Assembly: GCA_951406725.2 (NCBI GenBank)
Contig: OX597814.1
Coordinates: 148,056,001-148,120,000, forward strand
DNA: 64,000 nucleotides
Direction of reading: 5' to 3'
Source: Octopus vulgaris
Lineage: Eukaryota
Below, piece after piece: positions 24,156 through 38,708 of the stretch. The first letter of the stretch is position 1, and every line of letters begins with the position of its first letter. The notes under the pieces are model-generated. The model did not search any database. It saw nothing but the letters and a program-made list of their open reading frames with translations, and was not told the DNA's origin. Position numbers and translations under genes: made by a program.

Positions 24156-24432
24156 ATATACAGATAAGGGAAAAACTTGAAATATATTACTTCGTAATTT
24201 CGACGGTTCAGTGTTTGTCAGACATGTTGACGGAACCATGTCCGACGAGTATTTGAGGTTGCTGACAAACATTTCATTGTAAAAAGAATGTAATGCTATA
24301 TCTAAATGTCTCGAGTAATCCAGCAAATGAAGTGCATATAAATGTATATCAGAGAAACAAGCATTTACCCACCAGCCTCCCTCCCTCTCTCTGTCTGTAT
24401 ATATGTGTGTGTTAGTGTATGAGTGTGTGCAG

Positions 24433-24476
<44 letters not shown>

Positions 24477-26053
24477 ACGCGTGTGCGGGTAAAACGTCAT
24501 AGGCTTATATCTATTTGAGATTGTGTAGTGAGTGGGTGTAGAAAAATCGATTCTTCACTTCTGAAAATACTTCGAAGTATCTAGTTGTGATCGAGTTATG
24601 TTAAAGACAACTTGCTTTTTCATCATTAAAGAGATCGAGAATATATACCTCATGAATTACACTTGTCGTTATCATCGACTAAAATAAATATCCTTCTGGG
24701 AGGTGCTACAGCATGGCCGCATATCGCTAGTGAAACCCGTTAAATAGAGCAATGAAAGTCGAAATGAATGTGATGCATGATTCATAGGAGAGAAATGACT
24801 TTTCTGCTATATTTCGATGTGCACAGCCTTTTCCCGTTACTTCTGTCTGATACTTTACGATCACAAATGCAATTATTCTCCATAGAAGGGCCAAACGATA
24901 CGGGTAAATACCATTAAGGAAAACGAACATCAGTTAACAATTCAACATTAAATCAATGTGCAATGACCATGTAAATATCTGAAGACGGACACCTCTTGTA
25001 AGGAGAACGTTTAGTTCGCGTTTTGCCTCTGGTGTATATCTGTATCCTTCAAAAAACCAGTTAACACTACTGCTCACTTCTCTTGCTTTGTTTATAATTA
25101 ATTACCTTAGCTGTCCATCTGGAAAAGTGACCTGTAATAGAACTGACGATCGAAAGGCCGAATTCTTTTCTCTCATCTACTTAACCTACAGATTTTCGGA
25201 CAAGGAGTATTATATGGCAATGATTTGCATGCCACAAGGCATCACCATAATACGCTATCCGATGACAGTATTCATTTTCTAAGATTGTAGTATGCAATGA
25301 AATAACAAGAGGCTCGTTCTAGCTTCACTTTGTCTTTCATTTTCTAATAAAAACTGAGATTTTAGATTGAAACACTTCAGAACTGCAGTTGACCATGCCC
25401 GTTTGAAAACATAATTGAAGATGCCTTTTTTCTTATCATTATAAACGAGAGCAGAGATTGCTAAGATACGCAATTATCAACAAATATATTTCTTTGCTTT
25501 CTTCTTCTTTTTTATCTAAATAAAGGACGACAAACTAGATAGATACACCCAATAAAAAGTTAGCTGTGATAACAAATAGGATACTGAAAGTAGTTTCAGT
25601 GTAGTTTCCTACAGGGAGTATAACCAAGGTTCAGTAAAACTTGTAGGAATTTAATAAGATATCATTTGTTGTAGATTGATTGGTTAGTCTGATGGAAAAT
25701 GGAACTTGCTAAAGTGTTGAAAATTTAAAGATCAACATAACAATCTCAAGTAAAATGAAAATAGGAAAGGAAATAAAATAATGTAAAAACAAAAAGAAAC
25801 GTTCCTTTAAAACCATTTGAAATGACTTATTGGTTTTGACAAACATTTACCTGATAAAAGAATGGAGAAACAACATTTTCACTTTGGTTCCCACCTGGAG
25901 TTCTTTTGATGCTGATTAGCTTTGATTCAAAATTCTCCAAAAGTAAATATAATGGAGAAATTTAATGAAAAAAAAAAACGTTTGCATATATTTTTATCAA
26001 AACAAAGCACGTTTCATTCTTCTCCTTCCTCCTTCCAGTCTTTCTTTCTATTA

Positions 26054-26109
<56 letters not shown>

Positions 26110-26804
26110 CTATTTTATGTGTTTATCTAACTCCCTATCGGTTTCCTCTCTCTTTCTTTACGTTCCACTCTTTTTAAATATATCAATCACACACACACTC
26201 ATATATATATATTTATATATATATATATGTATGTGTGTGTGTATATTATATATATATATATATACATATACATATAAATATATATAAAATAGCATATACT
26301 ATATATATTATATTATCATATGTTGAGTATAATTATATCAGTATACTTGTATCTTTATATATTCCTGAATAACGAAATGAGGTGCACATACTGCATTATT
26401 TCTCTTAATTTCTCTCTCTCTCGCAGCTTATATCTTTCTTCCACAAGTATTTTACGAGCATACTACTACATCTGTGTCAATTTATGTTCTGGTTTCTGAG
26501 TGTTAGCGTGTATATATATACATATACATACATGCATATACACAGTTATTCTTACGTATATCCAGAAGAGGGATCATGCATAGACCCAAACACCATTCCT
26601 AACTCACTGCTGACACCTTCGGGTAAATCTCGAAGAATTTCATCTTAATTGTCATTCATGAAATTCATTGTATTATATGAAGAAAGTGCGACGGTAGTTC
26701 GACCGCTTTGGAACACCTGTACATGCAACCCAGAAAGAACTTTCTGATTCACGACATCATCTGTGCTGTATACTCACTCCACCTTGTATCTCTCTGCATT
26801 TCGT

Positions 26805-27011
26805 GTATGACCGCGTGTGTATCGTTGGCGATTTTTTTCCCCCGTCTTCCCTTCCATGGATCTTTCCTTTTCCTATGTTTCTGACGAAGAGCTCCGCTCC
26901 AAACGTTAAAACCTCCTTCTTTCTTTCCTTTCCTGAGCGTCCAATAACACTATACTTGTTCCACGTCTTCGCGTTGTTATGTTTTCTCTTTGTGTTTTCA
27001 TGTTTGGATTC

Positions 27012-27016
<5 letters not shown>
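26805..27016 (+). mobile_element. pLTR-like family 1, copy 2
   Basis: HHR at 26877-26911 with CTGACGA core but G12 changed to C (gctc-CAAA); ends in (TA)n. Confidence 0.8.
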
Positions 27017-27046
<30 letters not shown>

Positions 27047-27048
<2 letters not shown>

Positions 27049-27274
27049 CTCTTAACTCTTTTACTCTTTTACTTGTTTCAGTCATTTGACTGCGGCCATG
27101 CTGGAGCACCGCCTTTAGTCGAGCAAATCGACCCCGGGATTTATTCTTTGTAAGCCCAGTACTTATTCTATCGGTCTCTTTTGCTGAACCGCTAAGTGAC
27201 GGGGACGTAAACACACCAGCATCGGTTGTGAAGCAATGCTAGGGGGACAAACACAGACACACAAACACACACAA

Positions 27275-27326
<52 letters not shown>

Positions 27327-27392
27327 GACAGGCTTCTTTCAGTTTCCGTCTACCAAATCCACTCACAAGGCATTGCTCAGCCTGGGGCTATA
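27047..27392 (-). mobile_element. SINE family A, 5'-truncated
   Basis: Near-identical to 36232-36635; internal (CA)/(TA) tract. Confidence 0.9.
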
Positions 27393-27621
27393 TTTCTATC
27401 CTATGGTCATTGGAACATGACTTGAAAGGGAGTGAAATATAGTCCTCCGTTATTCCAAGATTTTTTATATATTCTTTTTTTCGCACTAACGTTCTGATGG
27501 ACATATTAGATGTATACATCATTTGCATTGCTCTAGAGTCAATCTCATAATTACATTTCGTTTCTACTTTGAAGTCTGCATTGTCATTTTTCATTAGTTA
27601 TATGTGTTATGTGTGCATGTG

Positions 27622-27655
<34 letters not shown>

Positions 27656-27988
27656 TGTATGTATGTATGTATGTATGTATGTATCTATGTATCTATGTAT
27701 GTAGGTATGTATGTATGTGAGTGAGTGTACTGAGTGACACGACAGAAAGATGTGATCATGTCTATAGCTACTGTGAACAAATGTGATTCATCAGGAAATA
27801 CACAATGATAGCTGTGAACAGGCGTTCTTTGAAGTCGGTTCAAGGGAGGTTAGAACACGTGGGTGAGCCCAACAGTTTTTGCTATGAATTCATCCTCATC
27901 AAAAAATGGCTGAAAGAAAGATAATTATTGACATTTATTTTCGCTTTAATGTAAGGGAAAAGAGAATGACCGATCTTCTGCTAATATT

Positions 27989-28171
27989 CTTTTCTGCGCT
28001 AGGCACAACGCCCGAAATTTGGGGTAGGTGCCAGTCGATTAGATCGACCCAAGTATGCAACTGGTACTTAATTTATCAACCCCGAAAGGATGAAAGGCGA
28101 AGTCGAACTCGACAGAATTTGAACTAAAAATTTCGCCCAGCGTACTAACGTTCCTGCCAGCTGGCCGCTTT
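27989..28171 (-). mobile_element. SINE family B with imperfect TSD
   Basis: gatcttctgctaatatt (27972) / gatcttttgttaatatt (28172) flank a reverse copy. Confidence 0.85.
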
Positions 28172-28281
28172 GATCTTTTGTTAATATTGATGCACTTATC
28201 ATAATATTTGATGAAATGTTAAAGGTGGCTTTCAGTAAGCGTTCAGCGTTTGTCTATGTTTGTCTTTTGCTGTCTTTTATA

Positions 28282-28670
28282 TTTTACTACTTTCAGTTAT
28301 TGGACTGCGGCCATGCTGGGGCATGCTGGGTCACCACCCTAATGGGCCAATAAATCGACGCCAGGACTATTTTTTAAAGCTTAGTGCTTCTTCAATTGTT
28401 CCCTTTCGCCGAACCGTTAAGCTACGGGGTCGTAACCACACCAGCACCGGTTGTGAAGTGGTGGTGGGGGACCAACACAGACACACACATAGAAATACAC
28501 AAACACATATATTTACGACGGGCTTCTTTCAGTTCCCATCAACTAAATCCACTGACGAGACTTTGGTCAGCCTGAGGCTATAGAAGAACACTTGCCCAAG
28601 GTACTTCCCAGTGGGACTGGATTCAAAATTATGTGATTGGGACGCAAGCTTCTTACCACAGAGCCACGCA
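28282..28670 (-). mobile_element. SINE family A, older copy
   Basis: ctgcggccatgctgg...cacttgcccaagg...cttcttaccacagagccac. Confidence 0.85.
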
Positions 28671-29754
28671 ACTCATGAAAATAGAGCAATACAGTTGATG
28701 TTTTAGTAAAGACTAATATATATATAAATACGAGGCCCAACATTGAGATATAAGCTCAGTCTATAATATACACACCAGTACTTTACAAAAATTCTCGGAT
28801 TCTACCTGATGAAGTGACCCACAGAGCTGTTATTAAAAAATATATATATTAAAATACATAATTATTAAGAGTAATCTTAAATAAAGATTTCCTTTATTGG
28901 CCTCAAGGGCCCCTAATCAGTAAAAGTTGTGAATTTCTATCATGTTATTGTTATCATTTTCTTAATCCAAAGTAGTTCTACATGGACACTCATACAATGA
29001 TTTAGGCTAGGATAAAATTAACATGTAGCAGCCGACCATATGCGTAGGAGCTTTTAAACACACACACACACACACACATACACACACACGCGCGAATGCA
29101 CATGCGCGAATGCACATGCGCTCACACACCTAGACACACATACTCACAAACATACACATATACACCACGAATATTTCACACGTTTATATGTGTATTATTC
29201 TGAAAGTATGCTTGTGCCAGAATGTGTGTGAGAGTGTACGTGTGAGTATGTGCTAAATTGTACGCGCTTGCGTGTATGAGCGCCGTGCTTGTATTTAATT
29301 TCTAATATTCTTAACGTGGAAACATCTGGTGAAAGAGATACCGTTGTACTTTAGGGGGGATCATTTTCTCAAAATATGCGTAAACTGATGTTAGTTCACT
29401 TCATATTTAACAGTAAACTCATTAGCTATGTAAGTAGTGAGTGATTTGATTAATCATTTAGTTCATCAAATTTGTTTTGTTATACTACATCATTGTCCTA
29501 AACTGATGTTCTGTTATTTTTACGAACTAATTTTCCTTCCTATCGTTTTGCTACGGTAATAAACGTTTGTGGTATTTAGATTACATCAGTGTGCACATTG
29601 CTGTTTTCTGGTCAGGGCCTATGTGTGTTGCATATGGGCGCATACATATAAATACATCTATATGCATGTTCATATCAAAGTAGAGATATGTGGGTGAGTA
29701 TTTCATATGCATGTAATCCTATGCATTTGTGTGTGTATATATATATGTATATAT

Positions 29755-29930
29755 AGTTGAAATTTACAGAAAAAAGACAGATGTATAAGTAACAAAATGG
29801 TGTACAAGTTTTACAGCGGGAAGGTGTGAAAGTGTTTTACATTTCGAGCCTACGCTCTTCAACAAGAAAAAACACGTGGAAATAAACAGAGAAAGAATAG
29901 AAAACGCTTTTGGAGCTAGCGGTCAGTCAT
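29755..29930 (-). mobile_element. Repeat with degenerate hammerhead (pLTR-like family 3)
   Basis: Minus strand 29834-29870: TTGTTGA-a-gagc-gtag-gctc-GAAA-tgta; flanked by TA-rich tracts. Confidence 0.5.
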
Positions 29931-30445
29931 ATACATATATATGTATATATATGTGTGTGTGTGTGTGTGTATGTGTGTGTGTGTGTGTGTGTGTGTTGGT
30001 GCGCGCGCATCATTGCGCGTGTGCATGTATGCATTGGATTACTGATATCCATTGTCTGGTACAGTTCTTGCAGCTTCTTTAATATATTTCTGTGTTTAGT
30101 TCATTAGCAATCATATGTGTTGTCTCTTCGACTGGTTATATTCTTGGGACAGGCGCGATTATTGTTCAAGATTTTTGTGTACCTTGGTGTCGTATAACCA
30201 TCAGGCATCTTTCTCTGTGATAAAAGCAGTATCGTGCTGATGTAGATTGCTTTTGCTTATACTGAAATCGTTTAACTTCAGTTGAATTTGATACGCTCTT
30301 GGTGGTTTCTCCTATATAATTTGTGGTGTCTTCTATATATCTTTCAAATGGATCATGATATATTCAGGTTTATAATTTGTTTCATTTTGTCTGTAATACA
30401 ACGGTTATTCACTCATGTTTTCTTCTTGAAATGCTATCCACTTTA

Positions 30446-30835
30446 AGGCGGCGAGCAGCCAGAATCGTTAACACGACGGGCGAAATGCTTAGCAGTATTT
30501 CGTCTGCAGCTACGTTCTGAGTTCAAATTCTGCCGCGGTCGACTTTGCCTTTCATCCTTTCGGTGTCGATTAAATAAGTACCAGTTACGCACTGGGGTCG
30601 ATGTAATCGACTGAATCCGTTCGTCTGTCCTTGTTTGTCCTCTCTGTGTTTAGTCCATTGTGGGTAGTAAAGAAATAGGTCTTATGTTTTGAGTTCAAAT
30701 TCCGCCGAGGTCGACTTTGCCTTTCATCCTTCCAGGTTACTTTAAATTAAGTACCAGTTGCGAACTGGGGTCGATCTAGTCGACTGAAACCCTCCCCCAA
30801 AAATACGGGTCTTTTGCCTAGAGTAGAAAAGAATC
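30446..30835 (+). mobile_element. SINE family B, internally duplicated
   Basis: Same two-core layout as 21499-21875. Confidence 0.9.
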
Positions 30836-31149
30836 ACATACCCATTTTTTAAGTTTTATAATGTTAGTTAACTTTGTCAACAATGTTTCCATTAAGTTAA
30901 TCCTTCCATGAATTCAGAAGCCAGTTTTCTTTCGATGGTTGCGTCAGTAAGCATTTGGCCTTATAATTTGTTATTAGTTCTCCATATATGTGCATTACTT
31001 ACTTCCAACCATGTACTCCAAGGCGTAGTATATGTTCCATTCGCATAATTTTTTAAAACTCTTCTAAATTATTTCCTAGCCCCTTGTAACCTTTGATTGC
31101 ATTCTATTGATTATATCGGTTTAATAAGCGAACATTTTTACACACGAAT

Positions 31150-32270
31150 TCGCTATGGGAAAGTGTCGTAGTTTCAGCTTATTCACTACATCAAAGATCG
31201 TGTTGCTTCATCAGCAAACTGTGCCCTTCGTGTACATTAGCTGCAGCAAAATAGCTTGTGTTCAAGCACGGGAGCTTTACCATGCCACTGGCCAATACAA
31301 AGATCGGCAAAGAACAGGCGCTCTGAGAAAAACAACAGTACAGATGAATCGGCGAAGTCAAAGACTCTCTGAAGGTAACCGACTGCTAACAGCAGAGGAC
31401 ATTTGCAAGCAATTATATGATGAAAAATGATATCAGCTTTACACCACTAAACTGTCAGAAACCATTAAAAAGAATTTGGTCTGTTCGGCCGGATCGCTCG
31501 AAAGAAGCCGATAATTTCTGAGACGAACCGGTGGGAGCGGCTCAAGTTTGAAGTTTGCTCAAAGCCATATTGAATGTACGGCCGAAAAGTTATTTGGTTA
31601 AAAGATATTTGGGGCCGTGAATCCAGTTTTTACATATTTGTATCAGACTTATATTAGACGCCGTCCATCTAAAGAATTACACTGTAAGTGTCTCAATAAA
31701 ATGGTGCAAGTGGTAGTGGAGGGTTAATGGTGTGGGCCGTGTTCAGCAGCTTAGGTGTTGGTCCAATTGTTAAGGCTGATGGCAGAGTGAACAGTGTAGG
31801 CTATTTGCAATTAGTAAAAGGAAATCTGCTGCCTTATTTAAATAATCAGATGCCACCGGGATCTATTTTTCAGCTGGACAATTGCCTTATCCATAAGGCT
31901 TGGGAAGTTTTGCAATATTTTGAGCGCAATAATATGGTAGTTATTAAGTGACCTCCGCAGAACTTTGCATGTGATAGATAATTTATGGAATTATGTTTCT
32001 AAATGAGTTCATGCTATAAAAATACAAAACAAAACCTGCTAATTTGTCCCAATTATATAATTTTATTGACGAAATATGGCAGAACATTCTAAGTGATTTT
32101 TGTGCTCATTTGTCGAACTCCATGTCCCACCGTTGTGAGATCGTAATTGAAAATAATAGCTAAGAAACTAGAGACTAATAATAAATTTTGGTTCGTTGAT
32201 CATTTGTCACGTAAATTTTCAATTTAAACAAAATAATGTTAGTATGGTATTAAACTTATTGTGCCGACAA
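31150..32270 (+). pseudogene. Tc1-type (DD34E-like) transposase, frameshifted
   Basis: GRIARKKPIISETNR..RLKF; MVWAVFSSLGVGPIVKADGRVNS..Y..L; IFQLDNCLIHKA; multiple stops. Confidence 0.85.
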
Positions 32271-33674
32271 TTTTTAATCGTTTGAATTAATTGCGTATTA
32301 AAATTATTCAAATTGCAGAAAGATATATAACGCTTATATCATTCGAAAGTGAAAAAAATCTACATAAGCTGTAAAAAGTAAAATAATTTTACACAGTTTT
32401 GTTAAATATAAATTAATGAAGGAATAGAAAACTGTCATCCTCAGCCTTAAACTTATTTTGGCCAGTGTATATATAGATATGTTTATATATACACACTCAG
32501 ATGCATGAATACAAACATATGCACAACTGTATCTCATTATACACATCTAGATCTCGTTATACACAGCTGGATATCATTAGGCAAACAGTTGCATAATCAA
32601 ATATCTGTGTTTTTGGAGACTCATGCTGGGTGGAAACAATTGCAGTGATTAAAAACTAACTGTCCAACTGTACTCCTAGTTGACTCAAATTTCTATAATT
32701 TTAGGCTCGCACATACATATATATGAGTATATGAGAATCAGTATTTTCTAACAGAAATATACTTCAGCTTTAGCATTGTTAGTGAACACTACATGCATTT
32801 TGATTTAACGAGTACGGTAGAAGAACTAACAATCGAAGTAATACAGTCGTTTATATCAACTATATGCTCTCAAAGGTAGTGCACCAGAAATACTTTTAGT
32901 GTAGTCACCGAGACTAGTAAACTAAAAAAGAAGTACAGTGGAATAAATGATACGACCGTATAAATAATTGCAGAAGCAATAATAGAGGAAACCATTAGCG
33001 AAATGCATCAATAACATTGAGAAGAACTATTGAAGATTAAAAGAATGAAATAACAAAACGAAATGACAAAATTATATACACAGTGAGGACAAGAAAGCAA
33101 CAAAAAGCAAATCATTCAGAAAATATGACAATTCTCATTATTAGAAAAACTTTACTTCAAACTCAATGTTTAACCAGGCTATGCAGATAGGCGCAGCTGG
33201 TTTTTGTATGAATTTAATTAAAGTCATATCTGTAGCGTTTTCTAGTTACTGTCAAGCAAATGATGTAGAGCATTCTCTGCGGGTGTTAGTTTGTATAATG
33301 TTGAATTTAATTAGAAACCATCAAAACTATCACATACGAAATATCTGACTCTCTCTCTCTCTGTCTCTGTTTCTCTATCTCTCTTGCTGTCACTGTCTCT
33401 CTTTTTACCTAACCATCCTTACTTATACATAAGGAAACCCACATGTATAATACATACATACATAAATACATACATACATAAATACATGCATATATACACG
33501 CATACATAAGTGTGTATCTGTGTATATATATATGTATACGCATATATGTGCGTTTATGCATGAGTGAGCGGTCAAACGAAAGAGTGTAGCAGTCAAAAAA
33601 TTCGGTTGAACACGTACACAATTGCAACTTTACTCAGTCACACGTAACAGACAATTGAAAAGAATCTGTATTTG

Positions 33675-33762
<88 letters not shown>

Positions 33763-33929
33763 CATACATAGGTACATAAATGAAAATACATAAATACGTA
33801 CATAAATGTATAAACATATATAGTTACATACACATATATACAGATATATATTTATTCATATATAGACATATATGCACACACATATTCACAATTATATATG
33901 TACATGTGTATCTGTGTGTGTGTTTCTAT

Positions 33930-34135
33930 GTTTGTGTGTGTGTGACTGTTTATCACAAACCACTATTGGACAACCAACGCTGGCTTGATTACGTATCCGT
34001 AACTTAGCTGTAAGGCAAAAGAGAACGATAGCACAAATATGAGGCTTAAAAAGTACTGGTATCGAAATGTCTGACTGTAACATCCAAGGTGGTGCACAAG
34101 CATGGCGGCAGTCCGATGACTAAAAGAAGTAACAT
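33930..34135 (+). mobile_element. SINE family A, decayed 3' half
   Basis: cgtaacttagc...aagtactgg...aaggtggtgcacaagcatggcggcagtc. Confidence 0.7.
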
Positions 34136-35243
34136 ATAATAGATATATAAAGAACGTGCTACTGGATACACCGGTGTCCCAGAATCCCTTGCACCGATAA
34201 TACGAGTTTGTTCGGAACCCAAGATAATGAGTTCGGTTTTATTCAGTGACGGCTCTTCTGGGAAGGATCGAAAGCTGTAGGATCCAGCATGTAGTCCGGC
34301 CTCCTGACTTCCATCTTTCGTAAATGATATATTGAAACCTCTCTAATTGTCTCAATGATCTTCCACTAACAAGCAGAATGCATTTAGAAGACTTTCGTGA
34401 GCGGGCCAATGTCATAATATTCGCAACACTAATTCTCATCCCTTTTTCGAAACACTCGGCCGCAAATACATTCAGTGCATGCTGGAAATCACTTTCTGAT
34501 TATCCAAGTAGCGCAATGTTACCTGCAAACATCAGGCGACCGATCCTACACCTACCAATTGTGGTATGACATCGACAGGAGCTGTGCATCTCAATCTATT
34601 TCAAATATTATGAACTGGTAATAGAAGCACTCCTATCAAGGATGTTGGTCTTTAATTTATGGAACCAATCTTAGAAGCAGTAAAGAAAACATCTCCTCGA
34701 CTGCAGTCGTCTGAATGCCAATTTGAAGGGGATAAGGGCCTTATATTTCACAGCCAAGACTTCGCAAAAGACCCATAAATTATAATTTTAACAATCACGC
34801 TGCTCTCCAATTTAACATTGTGTAGTATTGCCGCATTATAAGGAGAGCTTCGGTCCTTTGTCTCTGCACTACTGAAGTTCCTCAAAATACAACGATGCAA
34901 CCACGGATGAATGTTATTTGACATTTGACTTATTCCTCAACAACTTGCAATCGATAACAAATTCACTGTAAACTTGTTAGGTGGTAGAACATGAGTATTT
35001 TGAAAGTTTAATAAAAATTATATTTGCACAAATCCTCATTCTCTTAAGAACCACTTGTATGTTACCTTGCCTGTAGTTAGGAGGTTTCACTTTTCATTAC
35101 ATTCACTATCTAAGAATTAATCGAAAACTTAACAAATATATCAAACTGATATTTATTACTGTAATATTAAAATAAATGAACTGGTTACTTAATCGCAATA
35201 GAATTCCTTGGGGACGTTTCCTGATTGTCTTCAACTATACATA

Positions 35244-35646
35244 TACTCTTTTACTTGTTTCAGTCATTTGACTGCAGCCATACTGGAGCACCGCCTTTAA
35301 TCAAGCAACTCGACCCCAGGACTTATTCTTTGTAAGCCCAGTACTTATTCTATCGGTCTCTTTGCCGAACCGCTAAGTAACGGGGACATAAACACATCAG
35401 CATCGGCTGTCAAGCGATGTTGGGGGGACAAACACAGACATACAAACTCACACACACATACATATATATATATACATATATACGACGGGCTTCTTTCAGT
35501 TTCCGTCTACCAAATCCACTCACAAGGCTTTGGTCGGCCCGAGGCTATAGTAGAAGACACTTGTCCAAGGTGTCACGCAGTGGGACTGAACCCGGAACCA
35601 TGAGGCTGGTAATCAAGCTACCAACCACACAGCCACTCTTGCGCCT
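35244..35646 (-). mobile_element. SINE family A, full length (tRNA-derived head, CORE-like ccttgggcaagt segment)
   Basis: Minus strand aggcgcaagagtggctgtgtgg (A box) ... gggttcagtccc (B box); (AAAAGAGT)-type tail. Confidence 0.9.
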
Positions 35647-35703
35647 ATATATAAATATCCTCTATTTACCTAATATCGATGTCTCATTCTGTTGTTGTCA
35701 CAC

Positions 35704-35765
<62 letters not shown>

Positions 35766-35779
35766 CATTGTCATTTACT

Positions 35780-36116
35780 TTTAATCTGCATGTTTGATGC
35801 AATCACCTGCCGGGGCACACCCAGCGCCCTAGGGCAAGTGAAGGTTAAGAGTTGTTGAAATACAGCTGAAAGCTTGGGGAGGGGAAGTAGAGATATATCT
35901 CCATGTAATGCAAACACAGACATTTACATTGATAGGGTTTTTCTAAGGATGTGGGCAGTACTTGTTAGCACAATCTTTTGGATTTCCTTGAGACATGGTT
36001 TTCCAGGGATATTGTCTAGGTGTTTCTGACATCCCTTTTTTATCATACCTAGGGCACCTACAATAACAGGAACAGTTTTTGTTTTAAGATTCCACATCCT
36101 CTGTATTTCGATTTCC

Positions 36117-36118
<2 letters not shown>
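35780..36118 (-). mobile_element. R4/Dong-like LINE 3' fragment embedded in (TAA)n
   Basis: EIQRMWNLKTKTVPVIVGALGMIKKG...EIQKIVLTSTAHILRKTLSM*; (TTA)n on both flanks. Confidence 0.85.
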
Positions 36119-36173
<55 letters not shown>

Positions 36174-36231
36174 GTATATATAAACATATAGGTATATATA
36201 TATATGTACATACATACATATATACATATAT

Positions 36232-36426
36232 ATACTCTTTTACTCTTTTACTTGTTTCAGTCAGTTGACTGCGGCCATGCTGGAGCACCGCCTTTAGTCG
36301 AGCAACTCGACCCCGGAACTTATTCTTTGTAAGCCCAGTACTTATTCTATCGGTCTCTTTTGCCGAACCGCTAAGTGACGGGGACGTAAACACACCAGCA
36401 TCAGTTGTCAAGCAATGCTAGGGGGA

Positions 36427-36474
<48 letters not shown>

Positions 36475-36635
36475 CATATATACGACAGGCTTCTTTCAGT
36501 TTCCGTCTACCAAATCCACTCACAAGGCATTGGTCGGCCCGGGGCTATAGCAGAAGACACTTGCCCAAGATGCCACGCAGTGGGACTGAACCCGGAACCA
36601 TGTGGTTGGTTAGCAAGCTACTTAACACGCAACCA
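36232..36635 (-). mobile_element. SINE family A
   Basis: Near-identical to 35244-35646; extreme 5' end replaced by the inverted LINE arm. Confidence 0.9.
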
Positions 36636-37100
36636 GTACATTTGGAAAGAGGTATCATTACTCATATCGATACCCCGGCCCTTCCCTAATTTAGGTTCTG
36701 GCTTTGGAAACCCCTGTGAATCAGTGTACCATTTAAGCTTAAAATTCAGTTTTGGATGCTGGTAATGCACGATTTGGAATATTTCAGCAGGGATTCTGTA
36801 TTTTCTGCGAGTCTTTCGTATCGTTTGCATAGATACCAAGGGTGGGTGTCCGGGCAGATGATGGCATATCTGAAAGGGACACTATGAAAAGCAGTGGTCC
36901 CAAGACTGTGACCTGTGGAAAATTACCCATTATTTTTGGTTTTCTTTCAGAAAATCATGTAACCACTCTCCAAGTTTTCCAGCTATGCCGAGATCACACA
37001 GTTTGTGATATACCATGCCATGATACACTTTATCAAAAGCTTTTGCAAAGTCAGCGTATATTACTTCCACATTTGCTGGGTATCACTCACTAAGTTGTTT
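36636..37100 (-). mobile_element. Inverted duplicate of the CR1-like RT fragment
   Basis: Reverse complement of 37229-37694 with few differences. Confidence 0.9.
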
Positions 37101-37111
37101 TCCCCAAGGAA

Positions 37112-37217
<106 letters not shown>

Positions 37218-37228
37218 TATCCTTATAT

Positions 37229-38216
37229 AAACAACTTAGTGAGTGATACCCAGCAAATGTGGAAGTAATATACGCTCACTTTGCAAAAGCTTTTGATAAA
37301 GTGTATCATGGCATGGTATATCACAAACTGTGTGATCTCGGCATAGCTGGAAAACTTGGAGAGTGGTTACATGATTTTCTGAAAAAAAACACAAAAATAA
37401 TGAGTGATTTTCCACAGGTCACTGTCTTGGGACCACTGCTTTTCATAGTGTCCCTTTCAGATATGCCATCAGCTGCCCGGATAGCCACCCTTGGTATCTA
37501 TGCAAACGATACGAAAGACTCGCAGAAAATACAGAATCCCTGCTGAAATATTCCAAATCGTGCATTACCAGCATCCAAAACTGAATTTTAAGCTTAAAGG
37601 GTACACTGATTCACAGGGTTTTCCAAAGCCAGAACCTAAATTAGGGAAGGGCCGGGGTATCGATATGAGTAATGATACCTCTTTCCAAATGTACATTACC
37701 AGGATGTCCACAAAGTGCAGACTGGCTGGCTGGATACTGAGAACATTCAGAACCAGAGAGAAGGAAACAATGATGGTCTTCTAGAGGACTTTCGTACTCA
37801 GCCGCATTGACTACTGCTCCAGCTATAGTCACCCAACAGTATAAAATTAACAGTGGATCTTGAAGCAATCCAGCGAAGCTTCATAAAGAAGATCATCTCG
37901 TTGCAACAGCTCAGCTACTGGGAAAGGCTGAAACAGCTAAGATTATACTCCCTGGAGAAAAGGTGAGAGAGGTATGCAGTAATATACACCTAGGAGATCC
38001 TGGAACGGAATTGTGCCATATTTTGGCATTGAAAGCTACACCAATGCCAGAAAGGGTCGACACTGCACAGTGCCAAAGATCCCAGCAATGTCATCGTGCT
38101 TCAGGACCAATTACTGCAACAGCCTGGGATTCAGGGAACGACAGCTTTTAAAGTATTCTCCCAAAGAGCCTGAGGGTCCTACATAAAGTGTATGTAGGTG
38201 TTTTCAAATCAAACCT
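37229..38216 (+). mobile_element. CR1/L2-like LINE reverse transcriptase and C-terminal region, decayed
   Basis: FAKAFDKVYHG..KL...GIAGKLGEWLHDFL; PQVTVLGPLLFI; YANDTK (YADD); later LEAIQRSF, SYWERLKQLRLYSLEKR. Confidence 0.88.
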
Positions 38217-38600
38217 GGAGCACTCGGAATGATCAAAAAGGAACTGAACATTATTTAAGAATTATCCCTGGCTTACCATCCATGCAGGGAGTGAAAAAGA
38301 TTGTCTTAGCTGGAACGTCACACGTACTGACAAGAACCATTGTCGCTGTGAAATGTTTTTCCGCTTCTCTCCTCAATGTTCTTCGTTTAATTTTAAATTT
38401 AAAATTTGTTCTTCAATTTTCTCTCTGTCTTTCTTCCCCTTTTTCTCTACCACATGAGTTTGAAAATGAACAAGCTGGTGTGTTTTATTTTAATGACCTA
38501 CCAAGGTATACAATGCGTTTCTCAGTCCCAGGTGTCAAGAAGACACTCGGCAAGAAATGGAAACAAAATTACAAGAAGATGATAATGAAAATAGTAATAA
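38217..38600 (+). mobile_element. R4/Dong-like LINE 3' end followed by (AAT)n
   Basis: GALGMIKKGTEHYLRIIPGLPSMQGVKKIVLAGTSHVL; (AAT)n at ~38605-38727. Confidence 0.8.
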
Positions 38601-38604
38601 CAAA

Positions 38605-38708
<104 letters not shown>

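Noticed and set aside
28806-28840. CTGATGAAG as another hammerhead core
   Set aside because: No stem II followed by GAAA and NUH found downstream
35575-35646. tRNA genes from A/B-box matches
   Set aside because: These are tRNA-derived SINE heads continuous with SINE bodies, without a full cloverleaf
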